NCBI GenBank assembly: GCA_041908445.1 | Contig: JAYRFK010000110.1 | Coordinates: forward strand, 1,567-65,566 | Length of the DNA: 64,000 nt | Direction: 5' to 3' | From: Acidimicrobiales bacterium | Lineage (GTDB): Bacteria; Actinomycetota; Acidimicrobiia; Acidimicrobiales; DATDAH01 | Shown: positions 45,951-56,309 of the stretch, in pieces | Layout: each line of letters opens with the position of its first letter | Numbering within the stretch: the stretch's first letter is position 1 | Made by a program: the position numbers and the translations under genes | Notes under the pieces: generated by a model | What the model saw: only the letters and a program-made list of their open reading frames with translations | Database searches by the model: none | Told to the model about the DNA's origin: nothing

Positions 45951-47189
45951 CTAGGGAACGTTCGGATCGAGCCGGGAGACGGTGCCGTTGCCCAGGAGCG
46001 CGTACAGCTCGCCGTCGGGGCCCTGCCCGAACGACTGGAGCTGGCCCGCCGGGATGCTCACCCCGATGCTGCCGATCGACGTGGTCTCACGCGGGCCGCC
46101 GACGACGATCCCCCCGACCCGGCCGGAGCAGCGGTCGGCGTACAGGTAGGTGCCCTGCAGGGACGGGATCGCGGCGCCGCGGTAGACGTAGCCACCCATG
46201 ATGGCGCACTCGCCGCCCTGGTGGGGATAGGTGAAGGTGGGCCGGGTGTGGTTGTTGGGCTCCCTGGCGCCGTTGAACGGGGCCGTGCCCTCCATGCGGA
46301 TCCAGCCGAGGTTGGCGCCGCGACCGGCGTTGAGGCCGTCGCTGTCCGCCAGCAGCACGTTCAGCTCCTCCTGGGCGTGCTCGCCCACGTCGGGCAGGTA
46401 GAGGTCGCCGGTGGCCGAGTCGAACGAGAACCGCCACGGGTTGCGCAGGCCGTAGGCCCAGACCTCGGCGCGGCGGGGGGACTGGCCCACGAACGGGTTG
46501 CCGAGCGGGTTGCGGTACGGGCGGGTGGCGCTGGCCCGCGGGTTGATGCGCAGGATCTTGCCCAGCAGCGAGGTGCGGTCCTGGGCGGGGTTGACCACGT
46601 CCGGGACGTCGTCGTTCGGGTCGTCGATGGCGACGTTGTCCCCGTCGCCGAGGGCCAGGTAGAGGCGCCCGTCGGGACCGAAGGCCACGTCACCGCCCTT
46701 GTGGTAGGAGGGGGGCTGGCGCACCGCGAGCACGACCCGGCGGGTGCCGAGGTCGACCGTCGCACCGTCCATCGTGTACTCGACGAGGCGGTTGTCGACG
46801 TGGGCGTTCGTGTAGTGGACGTAGAGGCGCTCGCCCGTGGGGTCGAAGGCCAGCCCGAGCAGGCCGCCGCCCTCGCTCAGGCTGACGTACCCGCTGATGT
46901 CGAGCAGCGTCGTGACCGTCGCGGTGTCGCCGGTGACCGCGAGCTCCCGGACGAGGCCGCCGCGCTCGGCCACGAAGAGGTGGGTCGAACCGGTGCGGGT
47001 GGCGAGGGCGATCGGGCTCGTGAGCGTGGCGATCGGTGTCAGCGTGGCCGGCGCGACGCCCTCCGGCGCGGGCTGGGCCGCGGCCGGCCCGGTGGGGAGC
47101 ACCGCGGCGGTGCCGAGCAGCGCCACGGCCAGGCCGAGCGCCCGGAGGGTGTGGCGGGGGCGCGGGTGGGTAGAAGCACGAGCGGGCAT
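45951..47189 (-). CDS. secreted PQQ-dependent sugar dehydrogenase, tandem paralogue
   Basis: Same motif set: HKGGDVAFGPDGRLYLALGDGD, GLRNPWRFSFD, CAIMGGYVYRG. It lies 10 bp upstream of its paralogue on the same strand. Confidence 0.85.
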   Translation of the reverse strand: MPARASTHPRPRHTLRALGLAVALLGTAAVLPTGPAAAQPAPEGVAPATLTPIATLTSPIALATRTGSTHLFVAERGGLVRELAVTGDTATVTTLLDISGYVSLSEGGGLLGLAFDPTGERLYVHYTNAHVDNRLVEYTMDGATVDLGTRRVVLAVRQPPSYHKGGDVAFGPDGRLYLALGDGDNVAIDDPNDDVPDVVNPAQDRTSLLGKILRINPRASATRPYRNPLGNPFVGQSPRRAEVWAYGLRNPWRFSFDSATGDLYLPDVGEHAQEELNVLLADSDGLNAGRGANLGWIRMEGTAPFNGAREPNNHTRPTFTYPHQGGECAIMGGYVYRGAAIPSLQGTYLYADRCSGRVGGIVVGGPRETTSIGSIGVSIPAGQLQSFGQGPDGELYALLGNGTVSRLDPNVP

Positions 47190-47231
47190 CGCAGCAGGTT
47201 AGGGCGAGCGGCCGGGGTGATCCGCGCGTGC

Positions 47232-47257
47232 GACATGTGTCACTTGTGACACATGTC
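47232..47257. promoter_or_regulatory. perfect 12+12 palindrome (candidate operator) between the divergent sugar dehydrogenase and rpf genes
   Basis: GACATGTGTCAC-TT-GTGACACATGTC is AT-richer than its surroundings and lies about 100 nt upstream of the rpf start. Confidence 0.4.
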
Positions 47258-47262
47258 CGTAA

Positions 47263-47814
<552 letters not shown>

Positions 47815-47851
47815 GCGACCCGACCGCCGGCCCCGCCGGCGACCGCTGCTC

Positions 47852-47887
47852 CGACGAGGGCCCCACCTGCGGGTGGGGCCCTCGTCG
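47852..47887 (+). terminator. 16-bp perfect hairpin after rpf
   Basis: CGACGAGGGCCCCACC-TGCG-GGTGGGGCCCTCGTCG. No T-tract. Confidence 0.5.
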
Positions 47888-48005
47888 CGCCCGGGCTCGG
47901 ATCGGCCCTTGCGACGGTGCGCCTCCCGTGGCAGCGTGCGCACGCTCCCCCCTGCACCCGCCGCCCGGCGCTCCCGCGCGCCGCGCCCAGCCAGGAGCCG
48001 TGCCC

Positions 48006-48767
48006 ATGGGGCCCACCACCGACCACGACGACAAGATCCTCGGGCGCGTCCGCGCCCTGCTGGCCAAGGCCGAGTCCACGCCCTACCCGGAGGAGGCCGA
48101 GGCCCTCACCGCCAAGGCGCAGGAGCTCATGGCCCGCCACTCCATCGACGCGGCCCTGGCGGCCGCAGGCGCCGATCCGAGCCACCGCGGCACCCCCGAG
48201 CGCCGCCGCGTCGTGGTCCCCAACCCCTACGTGACGGCCAAGGTCCACCTGCTGAGCGTCGTGGCCCGCGCCAACCGCTGCGAGGCGGTCTGGATGAAGC
48301 ACGAGCAGGTGGTGTTCCTGTTCGGCTACCCCGTCGACCTCGAGGCCGTGGACCTGCTGTTCACCTCGCTGCTCCTGCAGGCCACGGCCGCCGCCCTGTC
48401 GGCGGGCTCGCAGGTCGACGCCTGGGGCCGTTCGCGCACCCGCTCGTTCCGCTCCTCGTTCCTCGTGTCGTTCGCGGCGCGGATCGGCGAGCGCCTCGAG
48501 GAGGCGACCCGGCACGCCGTCGACGAGGCGGTCGCGGCGGGCGACGGGGCGGACGGTGGTGGTGGCGGCGGCGCCCTCCTGCCGGTGCTGGCCGACCGGG
48601 CCGAGTCGGTCCGGTCCGCCCGTGACGAGGCCTTCCCCCGCGTGCGGCGGACCACCACCCGGGTCACCAACGGCGCGGGCTGGCAGGCGGGTCGCGACGC
48701 CGCCGAGCGGGCCTCGCTCACCGGCCAGACCGAGGTGGGCGGCCGGCGCCGCGCCCTCGACCCCTGA
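48006..48767 (+). CDS. DUF2786 domain protein
   Basis: The N-terminus ILGRVRALLAKAESTPYPEEAEALTAKAQELMARHSID is typical of DUF2786. Confidence 0.7.
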   Translation: MGPTTDHDDKILGRVRALLAKAESTPYPEEAEALTAKAQELMARHSIDAALAAAGADPSHRGTPERRRVVVPNPYVTAKVHLLSVVARANRCEAVWMKHEQVVFLFGYPVDLEAVDLLFTSLLLQATAAALSAGSQVDAWGRSRTRSFRSSFLVSFAARIGERLEEATRHAVDEAVAAGDGADGGGGGGALLPVLADRAESVRSARDEAFPRVRRTTTRVTNGAGWQAGRDAAERASLTGQTEVGGRRRALDP

Positions 48768-48824
48768 CCACGCCGCCGGCGGCGCCCGGCGCAGCGCAGG
48801 GTCACGGCACCGGCACGGACCGGT

Positions 48825-49646
48825 TCACCGGCCGCGCCACTCGGGATCGCGGCCCTCGGAGGCCGCCGCCCGGCCCTCAGCGGCGTCCTCGGTGGCCGCC
48901 GCCACCCGCCGCATGGTCTCACCGAAGCGCACCGCCTCGGCGAAGGGCAGGCGCTGGCCGCGCCACGCCACCTCCTTGGTGGCCCGGGCGGCGAGCGGCG
49001 CCGCCCGGCAGAGCGTCCCGGCCCACGCACGGGCCTCGGCCAGCAGCTCGTCGTGGGGGACGACCCGCCAGGCCAGGCCCATCTCGTGGGCACGGGCGGC
49101 GTCGACCGTCTCGCCGGTGAGCAGCAGCTCCATGGCGTTGGCCCACCCGATGCGCCCGGGTAGGCGCAGGGCGCCGACGATGGTGGGGACGCCGATGCGC
49201 ACCTCGGGGTAGGCGAAGGTGGCCCGGTCGGAGGCGATCACGAAGTCGCACGCGGCCACCGCCGTCAGCCCGTAGCCGATGCAGGGCCCGTTGACCGCGG
49301 CGATGGTGGGCTTCCAGATCTCCCAGCCGCTCTCGAACGAGTTGTGGGTCGGGATCTCCCAGAACGAGCCGGGGAAGGTGCCGGTCGAGCCGGCGCCGTC
49401 GCGCAGGTCGGCGCCGGCGCAGAAGGCCCGGCCGGCGCCGGTCACGATGGCCACCCACGCGTCCTCGTCCTCGTGGAAGCGCCGCCACGCCGCGTTCAGG
49501 GCGTCGCGCATCTCGCCGTTGATGGCGTTGAGGCGCTCGGGCCGGTCGTAGGTGATGGTGACCACGTGCCCGTCCTGGACGTAGCCGACCGGGCCGTGCC
49601 CGCCGGTGGTCGTGCCGTCGCCCGCCTGCGCCCCCTCATCAGCCAT
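48825..49646 (-). CDS. enoyl-CoA hydratase/isomerase (crotonase) family protein
   Basis: ITYDRPERLNAINGEM...IVTGAGRAFCAGADL...AAVNGPCIGYG. Confidence 0.85.
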   Translation of the reverse strand: MADEGAQAGDGTTTGGHGPVGYVQDGHVVTITYDRPERLNAINGEMRDALNAAWRRFHEDEDAWVAIVTGAGRAFCAGADLRDGAGSTGTFPGSFWEIPTHNSFESGWEIWKPTIAAVNGPCIGYGLTAVAACDFVIASDRATFAYPEVRIGVPTIVGALRLPGRIGWANAMELLLTGETVDAARAHEMGLAWRVVPHDELLAEARAWAGTLCRAAPLAARATKEVAWRGQRLPFAEAVRFGETMRRVAAATEDAAEGRAAASEGRDPEWRGR

Positions 49647-49713
49647 GGCGCCGACCCTACGCCGCCGCCACCGGGCCGGGACCGCCGCCCGGCGGGCGCG
49701 TACGGTGGCGCCC

Positions 49714-51078
49714 ATGAGCATCGACCGGGGGCGGCTGGCGGACCTGCGCGTGCGGGAGGAGGCCGCCTTCCGTGATGCCCACCCCCGCTCGGCCGAGTTG
49801 GCCGCGGCGGCGGGTGAGCACCTGCTCGGCGGCGTGCCCATGAACTGGATGGCCCGGTGGCCGGGGGCGTTCCCCCTCTTCGTGGCCGAGGCCGAGGGCT
49901 CCCGGTTCACCGACGTCGACGGCCACACCTACGTCGACCTCTGCCTCGGCGACACCGGCGCCATGACCGGCCACGCCCGCCCCTTCGTCACCGAGGCACT
50001 CGCCGCCCAGGCCCCCAAGGGCCTCACCACGATGCTGCCCACCGAGGACGCCATCTGGGTCGCCGGCGAGCTCACCCGACGCTTCGGCCTCCCGGTCTGG
50101 CAGCTGGCCATGACCGCCACCGACGCCAACCGCTTCGCCCTGCGGCTCGCCCGCCACCTCACCGGGCGGCCCAAGGTGGCGGTGTTCGACTGGTGCTACC
50201 ACGGCACCGTCGACGAGACCTTCGCGGTGCTCGACGACGATGGGCGGGTCGTGCCGCGGCCGGGCAGCACCGGGCCGGCGGTCGACCCCGCCGAGACCAC
50301 CGCCGTCGTGCCCTTCAACGACGTCGCCGCGCTCGAGGCGGCGCTGGCGGGCGGCGACGTGGCCTGCGTCCTGGCCGAGCCCGCCCTCACGAACATCGGC
50401 ATCGTCCTGCCCGCCCCCGGCTTCCACGACGACCTGCGCCGCCTCACCCGGGACGCGGGGACGCTCCTGATCATCGACGAGACCCACACCATCTGCGCCG
50501 GCCCCGGCGGGTACACCGCGGCCCACGGTCTCGACCCCGACCTGCTCACCATCGGCAAGCCCATCGGCGGCGGCGTGCCCGCCGCGGCGTACGGCATGAC
50601 CCGCGACCTCGCCGACCGCCTGGCCGCCTTCGTGGCCGACCCCGAGACCGACGTGAGCGGCATCGGCGGCACCCTCACCGCCAGCGCGCTGGCCACCAGC
50701 GCCATCCGGGCCACGCTGAGCCACACCCTGCGCGACGAGGACTACGCGGTCACCGTCCCCCTCGCGGCCCGCTGGGCCGACGGCGTGGCCGGCGTCATCG
50801 AGGACCACGGCCTGCCCTGGCACGTGCAGCAGCTGGGCTGTCGGGCCGAGTACTGGTTCTGCCCGCCGCCCCGCGACGGCGCGGAGGCCGCCGCCGCGGT
50901 CGACCACGAGCTCGACTCGCTCATGCACCTCTACGCGCTCAACCGGGGGATCCTGCTCACCCCGTTCCACAACATGGCGCTCATGGCGCCGACCACGACC
51001 GGGGCCGACGTCGACCGCCACACCGAGGTCTTCGCCGCCGCGGTGGCCGAGCTCGCCGGCCCGGCGGGTGGCGGGTAG
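49714..51078 (+). CDS. class III PLP-dependent aminotransferase (glutamate-1-semialdehyde aminomutase-like)
   Basis: LLIIDETHT...TIGKPIGGGVPAAAYG lysine motif with overall class III layout. Confidence 0.82.
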   Translation: MSIDRGRLADLRVREEAAFRDAHPRSAELAAAAGEHLLGGVPMNWMARWPGAFPLFVAEAEGSRFTDVDGHTYVDLCLGDTGAMTGHARPFVTEALAAQAPKGLTTMLPTEDAIWVAGELTRRFGLPVWQLAMTATDANRFALRLARHLTGRPKVAVFDWCYHGTVDETFAVLDDDGRVVPRPGSTGPAVDPAETTAVVPFNDVAALEAALAGGDVACVLAEPALTNIGIVLPAPGFHDDLRRLTRDAGTLLIIDETHTICAGPGGYTAAHGLDPDLLTIGKPIGGGVPAAAYGMTRDLADRLAAFVADPETDVSGIGGTLTASALATSAIRATLSHTLRDEDYAVTVPLAARWADGVAGVIEDHGLPWHVQQLGCRAEYWFCPPPRDGAEAAAAVDHELDSLMHLYALNRGILLTPFHNMALMAPTTTGADVDRHTEVFAAAVAELAGPAGGG

Positions 51079-51145
51079 CGCGTTGGCCCGGCTCGTCCCG
51101 CGGCGCCGCCGCGTCGCCGTCGAGGGGCGGGGCCGGCGCCTCACC

Positions 51146-52606
51146 ATGCGGGCCAACCTCCGGTTCGGCCTCGCCACGCTCCTCGGCGCCACCCTCGAGT
51201 ACATCTACCTCGTGCGGGTCAACCCGCCGGCGGCATCGGTCGAGGACGAGCTGCCGACCATCCTCGCGGTCATCGCCCTGGTGCTCGTGGTCAGCGCGGT
51301 GGACGGCATCTTCCACATGCGCCACCTGCTCCGGCCGGTCGAGGCGTGGCTGACCGAGGACCGCCCCGCCACGCCTGAAGAGCGTGAGCAGGTGCTGCGG
51401 CTGCCGTGGAACATGGTCACCCGCTCCTACCTGCACTGGGTGCTGACCGCGGTGGCGTTCGCGATCGTGATGGCGGCCCTCGGCTCGCCCCGGCTGGCCG
51501 TCGGGCGGGTGGTGCTCGCGCTGCTGGTCGGCGGCGTGATCACCTGCGCCATCGGCTACCTCCTCATCGAGCAGGAGCTTCGGCCCCTCACCGCCCGGGC
51601 CCTGAGCGACGTGCCGCCGAGCCGCACCCGCCGCCTCCCGCTCACCATCCGGCTGCTGTTCGGGTGGGCCGTGGGCTCCGCGCTGCCCGTGCTCGGCATC
51701 CTCCTCGTCCTGGTCGGCCCGCGGGACGTGTCGGGCAACCTCCGCATCTCGGTCACCTTCCTCTGCCTCGTGGTGCTCGTCGCCGGCGGCCTGTTGATGT
51801 GGGCGACGGCGGGTTCGGTCGCCGAGCCGCTCGAGGACCTGCGCGACGCGCTCGACGAGGTGGGGGAGGGCGACCTCGACGTCACCGTGGCGGTGAACGA
51901 CGGCGGCGAGATCGGCGAGCTGCAGGCCGAGTTCAACCAGATGGTGAGCGGGCTGCGCGAGCGCCAGCACCTCGAGGACCTCTTCGGCCGTCACGTCGGC
52001 GTCGAGGTGGCCCGGTACGCCCTGTCCCAGCAGGCCGGGTTGTCCGCCCAGATCAAGCACGCCAGCGTCCTGTTCGTGGACCTCATCGCCAGCACGCGGC
52101 TGGCCACCGAGCTCCCGCCGGTCGAGATGTTGGCCATGCTCAACGCGCTGTTCGACGCCACCGTGCGGGTGGTCACCGACCAGGGCGGATGGGTCAACAA
52201 GTTCGAGGGGGACGGGGCGCTGTGCATCTTCGGCGCCCCGGCCGACCAGCCCGACCACGCCGACCGGGCCCTGCGGGCGGCCCGGGTGCTGCGCGCCGAG
52301 CTCGCCGGCCTCGCCGAGGACTGGCCCCGGCTCGACGCGGGCATCGGCGTGTCCTCCGGGCGGGTGGTCGCCGGCAACGTCGGCGCGGAGGAGCGCTACG
52401 AGTACACGGTGCTGGGCGACCCGGTGAACGAGGCCGCCCGCCTCACCGACGAGTCCAAGCACACCCCGGGGCGGGTGCTCGCCGGCGGCGCCACGGTGGC
52501 GGGGGCGTCGGCGGACGAGCAGGCGCAGTGGGTCCACTGCGGCGCCCTCGTCCTGCGGGGGCGGGAGCACCCCTCCGACGCCTACGCCCCCGTCGCCGGC
52601 GGCTGA
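51146..52606 (+). CDS. membrane-bound class III adenylate/guanylate cyclase with HAMP domain
   Basis: Multiple TM helices, a HAMP-like linker (PLEDLRDALDEVGEGDLDVTV), and a cyclase domain ASVLFVDLIASTRLA...KFEGDGALCIFGAP...GNVGAEERYEYTVLGDPVNEAARL. An alternative GTG start is at 51068. Confidence 0.85.
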   Translation: MRANLRFGLATLLGATLEYIYLVRVNPPAASVEDELPTILAVIALVLVVSAVDGIFHMRHLLRPVEAWLTEDRPATPEEREQVLRLPWNMVTRSYLHWVLTAVAFAIVMAALGSPRLAVGRVVLALLVGGVITCAIGYLLIEQELRPLTARALSDVPPSRTRRLPLTIRLLFGWAVGSALPVLGILLVLVGPRDVSGNLRISVTFLCLVVLVAGGLLMWATAGSVAEPLEDLRDALDEVGEGDLDVTVAVNDGGEIGELQAEFNQMVSGLRERQHLEDLFGRHVGVEVARYALSQQAGLSAQIKHASVLFVDLIASTRLATELPPVEMLAMLNALFDATVRVVTDQGGWVNKFEGDGALCIFGAPADQPDHADRALRAARVLRAELAGLAEDWPRLDAGIGVSSGRVVAGNVGAEERYEYTVLGDPVNEAARLTDESKHTPGRVLAGGATVAGASADEQAQWVHCGALVLRGREHPSDAYAPVAGG

Positions 52607-52720
52607 TCGACGCGCCGACGGGCGGCGGTGGCTGGGGTCACACGGGGCGGGGGCATTGGGCGGGCGGTGGGCGCCGTGGCTAGCGTCGAAGGGCCGTCCA
52701 GACGCCCTCAGGAGACCGGA

Positions 52721-53929
52721 ATGCCCGAAGCAGTCATCGTCGCCGCCACCCGCAGCCCCATCGGCCGGGCCAACAAGGGGTCGCTCGTCGACATGCGCCC
52801 CGACGACCTCGCCGCCCAGGTGATCGAGGCCGCGCTGGCCCAGGTGCCCCAGCTCGACCGCAACCAGGTCGAGGACCTGATCATGGGCTGTGGCCAGCCC
52901 GCGGGTGAGGCCGGCTACAACATCGGCCGCGTGGTGGCGATCCTCGCCGGCATGCCCGACGTCCCCGGCACCACGGTCAACCGCTACTGCTCGTCGTCGC
53001 TGCAGACGACCCGCATGGCCATGCACGCCATCAAGGCGGGCGAGGGCGACGTGTTCATCTCGGCCGGCGTCGAGACCGTGAGCCGCTTCATGATCGGCAT
53101 GTCGGACGGCGCCCCGGGCAGCACCAACGGCCTGTTCAACGACGCCATGGCCCGCACCGCCGAGCGCGCGGGCGAGGGCTCGTCCTCGTGGGAGCCGCCC
53201 GCCGGCCTGCCCGACGTCTACATCGCGATGGGCCAGACCGCCGAGAACGTCGTCCAGTACAAGAACGTCTCCCGTGAGCGCATGGACGAGTTCGCCGCCA
53301 ACTCGCAGCAGCGGGCCGTGGCCGCGCAGGAGCGGGGCTTCTTCGAGCGGGAGATCACCCCGATCACCCTCCCCGACGGCACCGTGGTGTCGAAGGACGA
53401 CGGCCCCCGCGCCGGCACCACCAAGGAGAAGCTGGCCGAGCTGAAGCCGGTGTTCCGCCCCGACGGCCAGGTCACCGCCGGCAACGCGTGCCCGCTCAAC
53501 GACGGCGCCGCCGCCCTCGTGATCATGAGCGACACCAAGGCCGCCGAGCTCGGCATCACCCCGCTGGCGCGCATCGTGGCCACCGGCGTGTCGGGCCTCA
53601 ACCCCGAGATCATGGGCCTCGGCCCCATCGAGGCCGTGAAGCAGGCCCTCGGCCGCGCCAACATGACCATCGGCGACATCGACCTCGTCGAGATCAACGA
53701 GGCCTTCGCCGCCCAGGTGATCCCCTCTGCCGACGAGCTGGGCATCGACTTCGACAAGCTGAACGTGAACGGCGGCGCGATCGCCCTCGGCCACCCCTTC
53801 GGCATGACCGGCGCCCGCATCACCGCCACGCTGATCAACGGCCTCGAGGACGCCGACGGCACCTTCGGCCTCGAGACCATGTGCGTCGGCGGCGGCCAGG
53901 GCATGGCCATGATCATCGAGCGCCTGTAG
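52721..53929 (+). CDS. acetyl-CoA C-acyltransferase (thiolase)
   Basis: VNRYCSSSLQT active-site Cys, NEAFAAQV and GGAIALGHPFGMTGAR...CVGGGQGMA motifs. Confidence 0.92.
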   Translation: MPEAVIVAATRSPIGRANKGSLVDMRPDDLAAQVIEAALAQVPQLDRNQVEDLIMGCGQPAGEAGYNIGRVVAILAGMPDVPGTTVNRYCSSSLQTTRMAMHAIKAGEGDVFISAGVETVSRFMIGMSDGAPGSTNGLFNDAMARTAERAGEGSSSWEPPAGLPDVYIAMGQTAENVVQYKNVSRERMDEFAANSQQRAVAAQERGFFEREITPITLPDGTVVSKDDGPRAGTTKEKLAELKPVFRPDGQVTAGNACPLNDGAAALVIMSDTKAAELGITPLARIVATGVSGLNPEIMGLGPIEAVKQALGRANMTIGDIDLVEINEAFAAQVIPSADELGIDFDKLNVNGGAIALGHPFGMTGARITATLINGLEDADGTFGLETMCVGGGQGMAMIIERL

Positions 53930-53952
53930 CCCTCAGCGCTCCGAGCGTCACC

Positions 53953-53982
53953 CGGTGCCCGCGGCGCAGGCCGCGGGCACCG
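53953..53982. terminator. 12-bp perfect hairpin between the convergent thiolase and nfuA-like genes
   Basis: CGGTGCCCGCGG-CGCAGG-CCGCGGGCACCG. Confidence 0.45.
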
Positions 53983-54022
53983 TCGCGTCCGGGCGACGGC
54001 GCGCCGCGCCGCGGCCCGACGC

Positions 54023-54667
54023 TCAGTAGTAGGGGTTGGCGCCGCCGGCGTGGTCGGTGACGTCGACCACCTCGGTGATCTCGGGGATGGCGGCCCGCAG
54101 CGCGCCCTCGATGCCGTTGCGCAGGGTGGCGGTGGACTGGGCGCAGCCCTGGCAGCCGCCGCTGAGGCGGAGCTCGACGGTGCCGGTGGCGTCGTCGAAG
54201 CGCACGAGGTCGGCGCGGCCGCCGTGGCTCGCGATGCTCGGGTTGATCTGCACCTCGAGCACCTGGGCGATGCGCTCGGCCGGGGTGCCCGAGAGGTCGA
54301 GCCCCGGCGGCGGCGGGGGCGCCGGCGGCGTGTTGGGGTTGTCCATCATCAGGCCGGGGTTGAGCAGGTCGCGGTTGACGTCGAGGGTGGCGCCGCGGAG
54401 CTGCTCGACGCTGTCGACGGGCACCACCACCTCGAGCGACCCGACGGTGAAGCGCTCGTCGCCCGCACCGGCCTCGCCGGCGGGCTGGAAGTAGAGGTCG
54501 TAGGCGTACTCGCCCCGGTTGACGCCCATGACCTCGACCCACAGGGCCAGCTCGTCGGGGTTGTCCTCGCCGGCGAGCAGGTCGAGCACCCGCTTCTGCG
54601 CCTTCTCGCTCACGCTGAGCAGCGGGCCGGTCGTGGTCACGTCGGGCGTCAGGTCGGTCGTCGCCAT
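54023..54667 (-). CDS. NfuA-like Fe-S biogenesis protein (HesB/IscA-like N-domain plus NifU C-terminal domain)
   Basis: The N-terminal A-type-like domain LSVSEKAQKRVLDLL...LWVEV is joined by a Pro-rich linker to the Nfu domain INPSIASHGGRADLV...LSGGCQGCAQS (CxxC). Confidence 0.8.
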   Translation of the reverse strand: MATTDLTPDVTTTGPLLSVSEKAQKRVLDLLAGEDNPDELALWVEVMGVNRGEYAYDLYFQPAGEAGAGDERFTVGSLEVVVPVDSVEQLRGATLDVNRDLLNPGLMMDNPNTPPAPPPPPGLDLSGTPAERIAQVLEVQINPSIASHGGRADLVRFDDATGTVELRLSGGCQGCAQSTATLRNGIEGALRAAIPEITEVVDVTDHAGGANPYY

Positions 54668-54705
54668 GCGTGCAGGATACGGCCTCACCCCTCCTCCGGC
54701 GCGGG

Positions 54706-55479
54706 TCAGAAGGCGCCGTGGCGGCCCTCGCCGGCGGCGAAGCGGGTGGCGCCTTCGGCGGTCTCGCCCGAGCGGATGACCGCCAGGCCGAGCTCGGTCT
54801 CGAGGGCGAGGGCGTCGTCGAGACCGAGGCCCCACTGGCGGTAGCTGCTCTCACGGTCCGAGCGGAGGCAGCCCTGCGGGAAGGCGGCGAGCTGGTGGGC
54901 GAGCTCGACCGCGCCGGCGAGGGCGCCGCCCGGCTCGGTGAGGCGGTTGGCCAGGCCCATGCGCAGGGCCTCGTCGCCGGAGACGCCCCGGCCGGTGAGG
55001 ATCAGGTCGAGGGCGTGGCTGTGGCCCACGAGGCGGGGGAGGCGGATGGTGCCGCCGTCGATCAGCGGTACGCCCCAGCGCCGGCAGTACACGCCGAAGA
55101 CGGTGTCGGTCGCGGCGACCCGGAGGTCGCACCAGCAGGCCAGCTCCAGGCCGCCGGCCACCGCGTGGCCCTCCACCGCGGCGACCACCGGCTTCGACAG
55201 CAGCATCCGGGTCGGGCCCATGGGGCCGTCGCCGTCGGTCGTGACCCGGTTGCCCCGTCCGGCGGAGATGGCCTTGAGGTCGGCGCCGGCGCAGAAGGTC
55301 CCACCGGCGCCGGTGAGCACGGCGACGGACACGGCGTCGTCGTCCTCGACCCGCCGGAAGGCGTCCGCCAGGGCGGCCGCGGTGGGACCGTCGACCGCGT
55401 TGCGGACCTCGGGGCGGTCGATGGTGACGACCGCGACGGGCCCGTCGACCCGATAGCTGACGGACGAGCCGACGGTCAC
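54706..55479 (-). CDS. enoyl-CoA hydratase/isomerase (crotonase) family protein
   Basis: VTIDRPEVRNAVDG...VLTGAGGTFCAGADLKA...AAVEGHAVAGGLELA. The GTG start overlaps the upstream gene's stop (GTGA). Confidence 0.85.
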   Translation of the reverse strand: MTVGSSVSYRVDGPVAVVTIDRPEVRNAVDGPTAAALADAFRRVEDDDAVSVAVLTGAGGTFCAGADLKAISAGRGNRVTTDGDGPMGPTRMLLSKPVVAAVEGHAVAGGLELACWCDLRVAATDTVFGVYCRRWGVPLIDGGTIRLPRLVGHSHALDLILTGRGVSGDEALRMGLANRLTEPGGALAGAVELAHQLAAFPQGCLRSDRESSYRQWGLGLDDALALETELGLAVIRSGETAEGATRFAAGEGRHGAF

Positions 55480-56285
55480 GCCGGCGCCCCGGACGCGGAC
55501 CGTGGCGGCGGGCCGAGGCTGGGGCCGCCGGCGAAGCACTGGGCGATCGACAGCCACTCGGCGGTGACGGCACCCTCGGCGACGAGGGCGGTGTCCGCCC
55601 GGTGCCGCCGCTGGGTGACGACCAGGCAGAAGTCCTCGGCCGGGCCGGTCACCCGGTCGGGCGCCTCGGGGTCGCCCCAGGCCCACGTGTCGCCGCCCGG
55701 CGCCACCAGCTCGACCCGCACCTCGCCCTCGGGCGCCGGCCGGTCCTTGATCACGTAGCTGAAGGCCCGGGTGCGGACCCCGAGGTCGGCCACGTGGCGG
55801 AGGCGGTCGGTGGCCGGCCGCGTCGCACCGAGGGCGTCGACCACGTCCTGGCCGTGGGCCCACGTCTCCATCAGCCGGGCGGTGATGAACGAGCGGGCGC
55901 CCATGGACGGCCCGTACCAGGGGAGGCGCACCTTGGGGTCGAGCGGCGCGGCCGCGGCAAGCAGCTCGGCACGCTGCTCCCGCCACCACGCGAGCAGCTC
56001 GGCGGGCGGCAGGGTCCGTCCTCGCACCTCGGTGCTCTCGAGGAACGCCGTCACGTCGCCGCCGAGCGCGGCGGCCAGGTCGGCGGCGAAGCGCTCGGGT
56101 TCGGTGATGGCCTGGGTGGCGGCCTCGTCGAAGTAGGCGAGGTGGCCGATCTGGTCGCGTACCGCCCAGCGGGGCGACGCCGTCGGGGTGTCCCAGCCGG
56201 CGTCGTCCAGGTCGGCCACCACGGCGTCGAGGGCGGCGTGCTCGGCGGCGAGGTCGGCGCAGAGGTCCTGCAGGTCGTCGGCCAT
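55476..56285 (-). CDS. maleylpyruvate-isomerase-family mycothiol-dependent enzyme (TIGR03084-like)
   Basis: CADLAAEHAALDAVVADLDDAGWDTPTASPRWAVRDQIGHLAYFDEAA is typical of the MDMPI_N/DinB_2 fold, with a C-terminal extension. Confidence 0.7.
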   Translation of the reverse strand: MADDLQDLCADLAAEHAALDAVVADLDDAGWDTPTASPRWAVRDQIGHLAYFDEAATQAITEPERFAADLAAALGGDVTAFLESTEVRGRTLPPAELLAWWREQRAELLAAAAPLDPKVRLPWYGPSMGARSFITARLMETWAHGQDVVDALGATRPATDRLRHVADLGVRTRAFSYVIKDRPAPEGEVRVELVAPGGDTWAWGDPEAPDRVTGPAEDFCLVVTQRRHRADTALVAEGAVTAEWLSIAQCFAGGPSLGPPPRSASGAPA

Positions 56286-56309
56286 GCCAGCAGCATGGCA
56301 GGCTGGGAC

